From assembly GCA_040954595.2 (NCBI GenBank), contig CM082592.2, forward strand, positions 6,241,531 through 6,305,530: 64,000 nucleotides of DNA, in the 5' to 3' direction. The DNA comes from Balanoglossus misakiensis. Its lineage: Eukaryota > Animalia > Hemichordata. The position numbers were made by a program, and so were the translations under genes. Shown here in pieces: positions 37,701-50,900 of this stretch. How positions within the stretch are numbered: the stretch's first letter is position 1; every line of letters begins with the position of its first letter. The notes beneath the pieces were generated by a model. That model saw nothing but the letters and a program-made list of their open reading frames with translations, did not search any database and had not been told where the DNA came from.

Positions 37701-40700
37701 CCAATCAACGGATTCTGGAATTTCAGGACATTTGAGAAGAAGAAACAAAGTAATAAATCTTGTTTTAACACTGACCTTTCTCTGGTTGGATTTCCATATA
37801 CCTGACTAATTCTTCAAATTTCATATTATTGCTGAAAATATCAAAAATGCGATTTACCGCAAATCTACTGCAAATCTGGAAAGCTAGTCTGTAAACAAGG
37901 ACTGTATTTTGCGAAGTTCACAGATGAAAATCAAACATTCAGATATCAACAGAAAATGAAAGAAACTCGAGGATACACTTACTGATTTCCATCTAACATT
38001 AATTCCAGTAGCATCTTTTCCACTGTGACCATCGTGTAATGCATGGAATTGTTGAGTTTCTGCCGGAATTTCACAAATTCCGGGATCTTTGGGAATGACC
38101 CATACTTGTATGCTGAAATGATATATTCTGTAGTCTGCCATAAAAAAAGAGAGAGAGAAATATTTCAATGATTTGTGTTGCCAGTCAAACATGTGCTTGT
38201 TCATCACTGAAGGCCTTTAGTTTGACAAAGTTCACATACGCATTACAATATTCAACCTAGCAGGTCTGATTCTCTGCTCTACAAGGGCAACAGAATGCAA
38301 TTTCTTTTCACATACTACTCCATTTTATTTAAATTACCAGGCCTCGGTGCAACCTCAACTCCTACAGAATGAATTAAGTTGATAAATGCTGTCTACGTGA
38401 TTGATTGACAGATCAGAAAGATTAGCAGTGTTTATATAACACCGACGACAACAGGTGTAAAGTTCAAAGTACGACAAAATGTAAACAATAATTTGCACTA
38501 GAAAATTACATGGGAACATTATGAAGTGTGTAAGCACTGACGGTACAATGGTGCCATGGGTAGACTTTTTTCTTCTCATTGTACACACAACAGTGTTGAC
38601 TGAAACGGAATCTCAAGTCAGCTGCAGATTTCAGAAATCATGTTTTAATGATGAAGACACTACACTTTCTTCTCTTCTTCATCTGTACTTACATCTTTGT
38701 TATTTACTGCGAAGAACTTGAGCGTTGCATTATAAACAGCAGCGGCAGATACAAAATGGCCGAGAGGATCACAGAAGCGCGTCACTGTGTACCTGCATGG
38801 ACAGAACGATAAAACACAAACATGTCAGGTCCAGTTTAAGAAGTTTACGCTGGGTCACTCAAAGAGCGGAGGTTAAACAAGTTAGGTTAATGATTATAAA
38901 TCATGTACAGGTTAGGGTCATTCTTGAGTCAGGGGAACACAACCAGTGGCATGAATTTTGGAATATCAGGGTATTTCATCAACTGGCAACACTCTGTGTA
39001 GTGGCTTTTAGATTGACACTAATTGATAGAATGACACAATCCACACATGTTCAATCATAAAAAAATTTACTGCAATATCCTGCCACCATTTAGTGATTGT
39101 TGCTTACCCTAACGTGTCTTGCTGTATATGCTTGATTTCCATACCGTCATACAACTCCGGACACGGTCCAAAGGCACCTGTAAGTGTAAGAATTGTTTGT
39201 CAAAAAGTTTATTCTCGGTAAAAATGTTAAAGTACTGATTCATTGATATATGCCTGCAGAATGGAGGAAATTGTATTTCTTAAAGGGGACATTCACGCCA
39301 ACCAGTGCAGAATTAATTAATTTATTAAATTTATAAAAATTTGGATGAAGATGGAGGCTGAAATTGGGAACACGTGTACTTACCCAGTAAGCAGTAAACC
39401 CTGATGAGGAGCAATTTGAAGTGATGGTTTGATGGGCTCTTTGATATACCGTATTCTAGAGCAGCAATTGCCTTCCATATGATGTTACTATCCTCTGGAA
39501 TGACGAAGAGAAAGAATCTATCTTACTGCAAATTGCCAATGGCAAGAAATTCATGTCTGTGTGACCAGCTAGGCGTTTAGTCATGGTCCCTCATCAAGGG
39601 ACTGTGGTTTTAATATAACAGAATATTAGTAAACAACCACAATCAATTCCCCCCCCCTCACTCCTCCCCCTCTCTTACTCACCTGTCTCTTGCCAGATGT
39701 CTAGCAATAGATGAGCGGCTAAAAGACAGTACATGTCGCACGGTTGCAGATCCGTGGACAGCAGAGCTGAGCCAAACTGCATGCCATCTTTATGCCTGAC
39801 CAGCAACTCTTTGGACAAACTGATTTTCTCCGACGATGACAGTTTGGCGTGCAAGCCCAGGTATCTGCTGCATTGGACGTAACACAGATGTCTCTGCATC
39901 TGTTTATCCTACATAAAAATGGGGGAAAAAATGAACACATGAAACTTAAATACAAACTCAGATCCACATTTATTTTGAAGGCTGCAGGCTACATCTGTGA
40001 GTTTCATTACTTCACTGCCTGCTAAGTTTGTAGAGTCATCTCTGATATATCCAAACTTTTTTCACCACAGAAAGACAAAAATCATGTTCTCTACACATCA
40101 TGGTCACGTCAGACATACGAATCCAAAGCAATGGTATTAAAAAAGAAATTGCCACATATTATCCTTTGCAACATCCAACAGAGATGAGTTGTGGCTATAG
40201 TCACACAAATCTATTCCATGGGTTGACCACCTGTTGAATTGGCCAATCACATCACAGCAAACCACAGAGCACCTGGGTGTATCAGAGGAATATTTATCAA
40301 CTGACAAGAAGAGACTCACGTCGCTCGCCAGAGTAATCTCTCCGTCTCTGGGCTCCAGCTCCAACGAATCCCACACGCCCCTCACAAACGTCTCGGCCTG
40401 GTCTTCGCCGAGGTAATTCAAGTAGGGCGCCACGTCACTGAAACAGCAGTACTTGTCGCCAAATATCTCGAAATACTCACTCAGCATGACGTCCAAACTT
40501 TCTGCACGTAGGTCACGGACAAGACAAATTACATTCAAAAATTAGACACTGGTTGTTACAGTTGGGTCTTAACACAGCAATCTTTACAAGGACACCAGTG
40601 AAAAATAGTTTGCCCACAAAATGAGACCCAGCGTTTCAGGATGGTATGCATTTTTGATCGAGTCTCAAAATATCTCATCCAGCATCTGCAAACGTTCACT

Positions 40701-41711
40701 GAGGTCAAAATGAGACCCAGCGTTTCAGGATGGTATGCATTTTTGATCGAGTCTCAAAATATCTCATCCAGCATCTGCAAACGTTCACTGAGGTCAAAGG
40801 TTACAGGTGAGAACTGGGTACATTCACACAAAATAACACAACTGAATTTCTGACAACAAAGTTATTCGGTGTACCTAGCTTTTCAATCTCCGGTTTATCT
40901 CTCTTCTTCATCTCTTTGTAAAGTTCCATCCTGGCCAGAAACGGGCCCCTCTGGTGCTTCCCTTCCTTCTCCAGCTCCGTTTTGTAAATATCGTCGATGA
41001 ACTGCATCACGCTGTCTACGGTGTGGTCGGGTGGGCTTTCCTCAGGAACGGCATCCCCACTGCAGCCAAAAACACAAATCAAATATTTTGCAATTTTATT
41101 CTATCCATCATCCACCGGCCACGATCTCTATTACAGGATGAGATACCCACCGCTCCTAAGTACGGGAGAAACAACAAGACGTAAAAGTGCCTTGCTCAAG
41201 TGCACAACATCACGGCCATGTCTCAGTCTGGGCCTCGAAGCCACAATCCTCTAAATGACCTATCAAACAAAACTAAAATAACCAAAATCCTGTCAAAACA
41301 GACCAACTTTGCATTTTATATATATTACCTTGCTCCCTGTTCCGGGGATGTCCAATTGGAATCTATAAGGGCAAATGCTGACTTGAAATATGCTACGTAA
41401 AATGTCCACTGATCAGGCCTGCCAAGACACAAAATAAACACAAAGAGTCAGTAGACACTCACTTTGAGGGACACATCCGGTATCTTCTAATTTACATATG
41501 CCCATACACGTCAAAAGAACACACATGAATGTGACAGAGCGTACATGCCACAGGGCACGAACTCTCTGGGAAGATGAGAATCAGCCAAGCCAACTTACTC
41601 TTCCTGTATAAGTTTCCTGTAGGCAGAATTGGTCTCCGGCCACTTTTCCAGCTTGGCCAGAAGGCATGCTATACTGTACTTGTGGTAGTTGTATTCTGTA
41701 ACGATCTTTTC

Positions 41712-41749
<38 letters not shown>

Positions 41750-44225
41750 GAGAGAGACAGAGTGAGTCGCAGGTTGTTGACAGTGGGCACCCACGACACA
41801 AAATTTGGCTAGAGTTTATCGTACTTCGAATACTGGAAGGTAGCGAGTGAAACATGGACACTTTCTCAGTGTTTACCACTGAAAGCATTCAATGGTTCAC
41901 GAACTCCTTCCTGATTATAATACCCACCTCCCAGTTTTGACTTCAGCACTTTGAGCGACTCTTCGTAGTTCTGCATCAGATCCAGAATCATCAGATACAG
42001 TTGCACTTCCGCCTCGGCTTCAATCTTGTCCTCCTTCACCAGCTTCTCCACCATCTTCAGCGCCAGAGGCAGAAACATCTTCTTGGACAGGTTCTCGTCC
42101 GAGCTGAAGATGGCCTGGAACAAAATCCCGACAAGTCATATGTGAATCGCGTTTCAGATCCAAATCAGATGTGTAACCTGCAAACCCCTACAACAAACAT
42201 TTTAACATCTGTTGAAGTTTGCCCTTTGGTACAATTGAGATTGCAAAAGTTTATTATTTATTTACAAGAATCTGACCGAAAATCGGAATTCTTACCTGCA
42301 TAACAATACTCATGACAGCCCAGAAGTAGTACGGATTCTTTGGGTACTGTCTGTACAGTGCCATGGCAGCCTGAAATCGCAAAAGAATTCAACTCGCATC
42401 AATTGGACTGGAGAAGTTTTCTAAACAGAACTTGTCATTGGCAAAGACTTATGATGACCTGCAGGTGTCTTGTAACATCATCTCTGATTGGCCAATGCAC
42501 ATTTTTTTTTTTAAATCACGTGCAAAATGAAAGTTTTCTAGTCAGCTGGAATATCCATGAACTCCATTTACCTGTTGTTGTTTCTTATAGTCTGACATTC
42601 GTACGTAACTCATAAACAAATGCGAGTGGAACTCTTCGTTGGTTGGGTGTTTTTTCAGGGCAGTCTCAAACAATTTCGTAACCAGGTCAGCTGTTAGAAA
42701 AGTCAATAAGAGGCAAAGTGAAAAGGGAGAAAAATGAAGGAAGCCTATGAGTTCATTGTAACGGGGCGGGCATAAAATTACCAGAAAACACTGTTGTGTG
42801 TAATTTCGACTGGGAAAGAATGCCTGTCACACGACACATTGCACGCTCATGTCATACTTGACAATCTGAAGATAGTACTCACGTTTCTGCATTTCTCTGT
42901 AACATATTGACATTGCCTGAAGAGTGGGGTCATCTGTGGGTTCAAGCGTGGCCACCTCGTCCAACACGTCGGACGCTCTGCCCTGTTTGCCCATTCTGAA
43001 GAGAGCCAACGCCTTCAAAACCTGTCAGTGATAAAGAATGATCAGTTGAGTGGGCTTCGTTCAAGTACGCGTGTGCTATCGCTGTGTGAGATGTAGTGTG
43101 AAAAGAAAGTTTATATCAACTCACTGCAATAAATTGATATTTTTAATACACCAATAATCAGTGTCTTTCCATTGTGATACAATTCAACAATATGTGCCAC
43201 CCCTCGCTGCTGTCATTTCATTACTTTGACACGATGAAATTTTACCTTGGCACAATGCAGATCTTTCTGTTTCTTTAGAACTTTATCGGCAAGCTGTATC
43301 GCCATCTTGTTATTTCCATTGTCCAAGTTGTCTGTGGGGTTGAGAGAAAACACTGTGAGTTAATAAACTTTATTTCATGATGAAATCAAACAGACTAAAT
43401 AACAGTCCTGTGTCTGATCCAAAACTCCAGTAATAGTAGGTTATCATTTGTTCAAGGTGTATCTGTTATTCAATCAATGAATGATCCATTATGGCCAAAC
43501 ACAAATATTTGTTGTTGTCTTTCTTGATAACCTATTGACCACCTCGATACAATATTCAATGTCAAATGACGATGGCATGCACAAGTTCTTATAATTAATG
43601 CGTTTCCACTTTTAAAATTAAACTTTGAAAGTCTAGCTTTAATAGCAATGTACACCTTCTCATACTCTTTGCAAATGCTGTTTCTTTTTGTGTGCGTTTC
43701 TCGTGGTGAATCTGGAAATCGATGAATATGGAATTTGATTTATGTACTTCACACGGGATCAGGGTCACTCTGTTGACATATTATATGACAGGTCGACGCC
43801 GAAGATCAAAAAGAGCCCATAGCGATCTGGGCCCGGAGAGAATGAGATGCAATCAAAACAGTGAAAAATATAATCATTGCCGTCGCCTAAAAACACAATA
43901 AACTATTTAACCTCTCGTCATCATAACACGTGTTTATTTGCATATATATGAACCGGGCAGTGCACATTTCGTATTTTGCATTACTGAAAGTCCGGTCGGT
44001 CCACGTCCAGCGACACATCACAGTTCACATCGTAATCTTATCTGCCTGTTCTCATTTTAATTTCATTCAACTTTTGGACGTTGCATCCTCAAGAGTGTCA
44101 CTGAAGGTAACTTCGGCCTTTCCTACAATCGGTAACGACGCACACGCTGCAAATTAAACGCTCGACTCACCATAAATTGGCCGGAGTCTCCGCTCACTCA
44201 CATCCACATGGGCTCGACCCGCCAT
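34776..44225 (-). CDS. NAA25: N-alpha-acetyltransferase 25, NatB auxiliary subunit (MDM20), 24 coding exons
   Basis: Exon 1 44171-44225 MAGRAHVDVSERRLRPIY, then DNLDNGNNKMAIQLADKVLKKQKDLHCAK|VLKALALFRMGKQ.., PKNPYYFWAVMSIVMQ, IKHIQQDTLG and YKYGSFPKIPEF, ending DFLNTLKL*. All 23 introns traced as GT-AG with a consistent frame. Confidence 0.96.
40617..40798. repeat. Apparently perfect 89-bp tandem duplication in a NAA25 intron
   Basis: atgagacccagcgtttcagg...cactgaggtcaaa begins at both 40621 and 40710. Confidence 0.9.
41714..41758. repeat. (GA)n microsatellite forming the polypyrimidine tract of a NAA25 acceptor
   Basis: (CT)n immediately before CCAG| on the minus strand. Confidence 0.9.
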
Positions 44226-44489
44226 CTTGGATTTCCGGGTCCACGCTTACAACGAGATTTCGTGTGACTTGATTTACTTCGAGAGTTTCCGTCACTTGTA
44301 TCGTCGAGGGCGCAATTTCTTATTACTATCCACATGAAATGTACACACTTCCGTATTATTAGAGTATTACGGGTCATTGTGCAATGATGTTTTCCTCGAG
44401 TTTATGTAGTATAAAGTTTCAACTATTGTCCCAACAGGCATGAAATGATAACTGGACATTCGCGTGTATTTTTTTCACCTCTTCGGAAA
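44226..44489. promoter_or_regulatory. Compact bidirectional promoter NAA25 / DUF4291 gene
   Basis: Divergent start codons separated by 264 bp. ETS-like TTCCG motifs are present, and a YY1-like AAGATGGCG overlaps the NAA25 ATG. Confidence 0.65.
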
Positions 44490-45585
44490 ATGGCGTGCCA
44501 GAAACTTTTATGGAAAACAGAATCATACGTTGAGCAAAACAAATTACATTGGCCTAAACTTGGGAAGCATATTCTGGCCCAGTATGAAGAAAACACAGTT
44601 GTTGTTTACCAGGCTTTCTGTCCAGAAATTGCGGAGTATGCTGTGGAAAATCAGAGGTACAGTATGACTTCGTTGAAATGTGTTGTTGTTTTTTTACTAT
44701 ACAATATACTAACTTCACACAATGACACTACCATAGAAACTTCTACTATTAAGAGCAGATTAGTTTTTTTTATCAAATGCAGATAATTTTGGACTAAACC
44801 ATGGTGGTGAAAGGGGTTTGAAGCAACTTTTCTCTCTCCCAACTGTACAGATTTGGAGGTTCCCATTTTAGCTTTGACAGAATGTCCTGGATAAAGACAA
44901 ATTTCCTGTGGATGATGTACAGATGTGGATGGGCAGGGAAGAAAAAACAGGAGAGGGTTTTAGCTGTTTGGATCACCAAAGATGGGTTCAATACAATACT
45001 AAAGAATGCATACACTCCATGGGTAAGTAGTACTTGGTGGTAAACATAGGAGAATCAATTTGCTTTCACAAGAGAAGAGAGGATGATTTATCATATAATC
45101 CTCAATTTGAGAAAGGACACTTTCATATTTAAAATGTTTAGGTTTTTCAATATGTTTTATAGGCACAAAAAGAAGCAGGACTGACCAGTAAAGACAACAT
45201 ACAAGTGCGTCTGCAGTGGGACCCTGATCATAAACCAACGGGACAGTCTGAGAATAGAAGGGCTATTCAGCTTGGACTGAAGAAAGAGGTTAGTTGTGTT
45301 AGAACCCATCAGACAAAAATCATTGATTTAGCCACACTGACCACCAGTGAGTTTTGAAATTGGCTTTTATATGCTCGCCTTGGTTTCATTCATTTGCAGA
45401 TTCTGAGAAAGTATGCCACAGAGTGGGTTGTACAGATTGAAGACATCACCCCATTTGTCAAGTCTGAAAAGGCGAAACTCGATTCCGATCAATTAGACAA
45501 AGTCATGGTGGCGAGAGAGCGAGTCTACCATGTTGAAGATCAAGACACTGTGAAACTTATAGGAGTGGATGAAGCTGAGACGTGA
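44490..45585 (+). CDS. DUF4291-family protein, 216 aa, 4 exons
   Basis: Exons 44490-44656, 44851-45022, 45163-45288 and 45400-45585 splice in frame (GT-AG). Family motifs recognised from memory: ILAQY..NTVVVYQAF, RMSWIKTNFLWMMYRCGW...QERVLA, VRLQWDPD, RRAIQLGL, IEDITPFV. AATAAA at ~45887. Confidence 0.88.
44790..44818. mobile_element. Partial copy of the piggyBac-type MITE in DUF4291 intron 1
   Basis: tggactaaaccatggtggtgaaaggg matches the reverse complement of 33491-33516. Confidence 0.6.
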
Positions 45586-46504
45586 CAACTGTTTAGACAA
45601 AGTGACCATGGCAATCGCTTTGGTTACGAATATTGTAGAATAGCTTGCTCATGAGGCAACTGAACTGATTTTGTGGAAGAAAGAAACAGATTTCAATTGC
45701 AGACGACTTTATTTCTTGGTTCACTATACTGCCCTCTATAGTCAGGTTTGGATTGAGCTCGTGGTGCCTTTGTTTATCCCAATACCCAAATAAATGATGC
45801 AGTTTGCATAGATGGGTTTATTCCAGGACAAGATTTTTAATCATGGTCAAACAGATATTCTGTTTCTAATATTATTTGTGTACTTTAATAAAGCTCCACA
45901 ATTTAATTTGAATACAAAATTTGACTAGTGTATTTGTTCTCCCCTTTTTCATGTGGTTCAAGTTTAGTGATTTTGCTTCAAGAGTTATGGATCAAACTAG
46001 ATGCAGCATCCCACAGCTATACTGAACCCAGCTTATGCATCTAAGGTCCCTCTGATTCAAAAGTAACTTCTCTATTACACAAGAAAAGTTCTACAACTCT
46101 TCAAATTAAAATGCCATGTTTATTAAGGTCACACTGAACTTTGTCCAAGACGGAATCCGGAAACCAGTCAGTATTGCAACTTCCCCAAGGATATTTTAAT
46201 TTGAAAAGAATCAATTTATCATACATGAACTTCAAACAGTTTGTTGGGATAAAACATTCTGGGGTTTCGTCTCAGATAACAACGTAAATAGGACTTGCAG
46301 CATGAATATAACTTTATCACTGTTTAATACAACCAGTATCAGACAGTCCATAGTAAGCTGTCTTCGGTGCAAGTTAAAAATCACTCCTACAAGCCTTCAA
46401 ACCATTCTTCTACCATAATAGGAAACTCCCCTCATCCTGTAGATGTATAGAGAAGTTCAAACAAGTCTATTTATGGGTAAATCTGTCCATCAGCATCATC
46501 ATCA

Positions 46505-47196
46505 TCAACTTCCTCCCTGCTGTTGCTGAAGGTTCTTCACTAGCTGTTCGTCCTGCATGGATTTCTCTGTTAATTTCTTTCCTATCCTTTCGTGTATGTC
46601 TACGTATTTTGCCACACATCTGTCTAGACACACGGACTCCCCTTTGGTGAGGTCGCCTTCATGGTACTTTGGAGGGACACACTTCCTCTGACAAGCTGAC
46701 GTCATCCTGATGGAGAGAATCGGTCATATTATGAGACTCAGTCGTGATTCCTGGTTTAGCATTTCCAGAAAAGGGCAGAGCTGATGTGTGCAAGATGTGT
46801 TTACAATCAAAAGTGTATGTTATTATACGCCTATGCCCTATCACTTGCTAATGATGGACGTTGGTGGCGTTTCGTACAGCAACACTATCCATGGATAACA
46901 TGAAAAGATATTTCGTAAAAACTATGAACGATCTACAGAGACGAGACTATGCTTGGCGATAGCAATATCTTAAACAACTAAAATGCTGATAGATTAGCTT
47001 TCCGCACATTCATGAAATAAAATTATACCAGAGAAAATATGAACGTAACACGCGAGTTTAGCATCGCCCTTCACCCGGCGAAAATCACTGCCAACGTTTA
47101 CCTGTTGTACATGTCTGCCATCATTTCGATTTCCAACTCCGCAACGAGTTGCATCTGCGCTTGAGTCATTCCACCACCAGCACCACCGAAAGCCAT
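46505..47196 (-). CDS. TIMM10: Mitochondrial import inner membrane translocase subunit Tim10, 2 coding exons
   Basis: Exons 47102-47196 (..[14 protein letters not shown]) and 46505-46706 ([34 protein letters not shown]..); twin CX3C motif. Confidence 0.96.
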
Positions 47197-47910
47197 GTTG
47201 TCATGAGAGTGAACGTATCGCTAAAACCAAGTACAACGATTTCTCGTCTGCTCATTTACCATGTGGTTTCTAAATGACCCCAGGAAAAGTCACACGCGAC
47301 TTCACGAGACCATCGGCAAGATAGTACTTCCGGGTTGCAAGGGCTGTTTCCATAAGCAAAATAATCATCCGAAATAAATCTCAAAACTATATCAAATTCG
47401 CAGAAGTTTGACAATTATCTTTGCAAGAAACGGTTAAAAGCCATACAAATAGATTATTAGACATCAACGGTATTCGAAAACTTATGATATTCTTATCTCC
47501 AGATCCCAGAATATATTTCTTAAAATGTTTCAAAAGAGGGAGGGAAATAACTAAACGTAACAGCTCTAAATAAAAGATATTTCGTTACCCGGAGTTTCCC
47601 AGTGTATGAATGTGAAAGTGTACACTGCGAATAAGAGATAATACCAGCTTCTCTTCCACGATCGCCACGATGTCAGACTGAAAATTTACACATTTGCGGT
47701 TGCTACCATCGAATTAGGGTGGGGCGTCTTAGCAAGGGTCGAAATCAAGAACGATCGGGCCGTGTTTGAGTGCATCTACACGGTTTGAAACATACATCTT
47801 GATTGCCTTTGTATTGTGATTGGTGTAGCCGATGCGGCATACCGCATTGTTTTTCGGGCTGGTTACATGTAAGTAGAGTGGATCGGGACGGAATTTGACA
47901 GAAAGCAGCC

Positions 47911-50900
47911 ATGGCCGATCAAGACAGCGACGTGGACACCCAACGGTGTTCAAACTGGTGAGTTTTTGGGTCGGATATGTTATAATGATCGCGAAGAGTG
48001 TATTGACAATTGAACGTGTCAATATTTCAGTTGTCAAGTTTTGTTTTGTTTGATTGTCATGTAAATATATATGCATGTAACTGTCGTTGCATAATCACAC
48101 ACATGACACACGCAAACACACTTGTCAATCAGCGCACGTCCAAAAACTGTAACTGTTCAAGATGTCTGACTATATGTTCCAAATTTCTGGTGAAATTTAC
48201 TAATCTTCTGGGAAGAGAAAATGAAAGTAATCATAACATATGCTGTTACTAGTTGGTTTCCACAACATCACATGTGATATATTGGGCCATGACTCAGATT
48301 TCTACTTCAGGCTCCACCCTTCATTAAAAATATGAATGCAAAAGTTCCAAAATATTGTAACAGATGTACAGCTTGTCATGAAATTGACCAAACAATCTGT
48401 TATTTAAAGGGAAAACAGCCAAGATTACCGTTTTCTGTAAATATTTACTGTTTTATTATACACAACCATAATAAAGTTGTTTGATCAAATTAAAATAAAA
48501 CTAACCAAAATAATATCAAATTTATCCACTTTGCCCCTTTAAAGTCATTATTATAAAAATATATTTTACAGTATTTTTGTTCTCAAAAATTGAACTCCCT
48601 ATAGGATGGTAACTCTGAGTGACTTTGGCTGGGCAAAGGTACATGGACGTTATAATCATGCAACTTCCTCCTAATTCACTCAGCTCCGTTGACTACATGT
48701 ACTAGGTCATTTTCAGTGTGCTCTGTAAATGTGAACAAATCGGCGCCTTAAAAGAGCGTATAATGATTCTCAAGGTCAAGGCTGTGCTGCAGTCTGGAGT
48801 TCTGTTTTTCTCCTGGGTGATTTTTTAAAATTGATCAATCATTATTGCTAGGCAGTGGTTGTCCAATTGAGAGAAGTACAAAGGGTGCCCATTGTGGATT
48901 TTGACCCTTAACCCTGTATGAAGGCCATGCTGGCTGACTAGTGAAGTGAACAGTTAAAAGCTATTCAACACATTTTTTGTTTTAATATCTTATTTTTGTC
49001 AATAATTTCAGAACTACGGAACACAAAAAACATATCAGTTTATTCAATGACCATCTGAATACACTGTGTTGTATTTTCTGATTAGTCATCCTGAGAATGG
49101 GAAAAAAGTGATGATTTTGTTGTGAAAGTGTGTGGGACTCTTGAAAAGGGGGTAATTAAGTGGGGTTGAGTCACTGGCAATTGCTACAAATGATAGGTCA
49201 GGGTCCAAGGCCACTGTATCTTCTTTCCTATCGATAGCACATAGATATAATAATTCATCACACAATAATTCACGCATACCACGATAGCTGCGTACTGTTT
49301 GTATGGAGGCTGATTATATCGGTGCGGCACCGTTTTAATACATAGCGTTTTCAGATCGCTACATACAGCCACAAACTGGCATCGATAGGGTGTTGATGTA
49401 TACCTATCAGTATTAAAGCTTATTTAGATGGACCAATAAAATCATGAAAATAATGCAAAAAGTGGCAGCTCTAGAGGCTTTAATAAACAACTTATTGTAT
49501 TTTCTCCTTTCCCCGCAGCAAAAAGGATATTCCGTCGGCGAATTTCATCATGCATCAGACTCACTGTCATCGGAACATCATCCTGTGTAAACACTGCAAG
49601 GAACCCGTGCCTCGCAGTGAAATGAACAACCACGTGGATGAGCTCCATGTGCAGGTGTGTGTTGGCCTTGATCAAGAACATGGTGTTTCGCCCCTAACCT
49701 GTATTTTGGGGACTCCCCCCCCCCCAACAGAATTCGTTAACCTTCTGCTGTTGATGGATTTATTATATAGTGCGTTGGCTATTGAACTATTGATCCGTTT
49801 TTCTGATGTCATACAAGCTGTCACTTTTACTGTACACAAAGTTGAAATGTGTCAGATTGTTGACGAAATTCCCACGCGACATAGTATATAAATAACCGTT
49901 TCTAATATTGTTTTTGAATATTTTGAAAACTGGGTCTTGGATGAATTAAATGTCCAATTACAATTAATTTCCAAGATAGGTCAAATTTGTTACATTTTGA
50001 ACAAGTATTTTTCATTGTTGCAGTGTGTTCTTTGACCACAATAATGAAATGCCTACAGAAGAGTTCCTAATTTAAGCCCATCCAAAATAATTGCTACAAC
50101 CTGATTTTGAGAACTTGTAACCACATCATAGACTAATTCTGGTGTGTGTGTCCCCTATATAAAAAGACACTTGGGGGATTGTCAGAAAGTTTGGTGGAAA
50201 ATTTATCCATGAAGGGAATTTTCTGTAGTACGTCTGTCTGTTGTATCGTCTTCTAATTATCTTGTTCTGTGGACCTGCTTCTAGGTTACATGCAAATGTG
50301 GCGAAATTATGGAAAAGCGTCTTCTGGAAGACCACGAGGTAAGGCTCGCATCTTAATTACCGGTACTTGGGGTGATTCCTGTTCAATGTATCGTGTTTAT
50401 CAAACTTCACAGCAGGGATGTCACAATTCTTCCAGTCATGATGTATCGTAGTCCACTGAGATCGAGTCTACCTTCGAATAATTACATCATATTAAAATTT
50501 CTAAACTATTTCTACTATTTTCATGGCTATAGTTAATTTATGACCAGTATTTGGGCGTGATACGTTCGGCAAACTGAACAATGTTGAGAAATTGATATAA
50601 ATGAGAAAAATTGATATAAATAACAAAAGTGTTGTTACACATGGTTTTCTGTCAGCTGTAGGGACTGGCTAATAATGGACACAGTTGATGGTTGTATCTG
50701 CCATTGTGTTAGTTTTTTCAGTTGAAGACCACACCCTTCCATACTTTGCAACTGGATTTTTTTTGCGATATTTTTAATACTCATTGCTATTTTTTGACAC
50801 AAAATACCTGCATCATTTTTGTCCTTTAAATGCAAATTCTGATCATGATATCTAATAATTGCACAATATTCCTGTTGCAAAGCATTTTACGAGTTTGAAA

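Noticed and set aside
44490-45585. DUF4291 gene as bacterial contamination
   Set aside because: It has three spliceosomal introns and a host MITE fragment, and is tightly embedded between animal genes.
48403-48543. Second TTAAAGG...CCTTTAA MITE
   Set aside because: The terminal match is too short to support.
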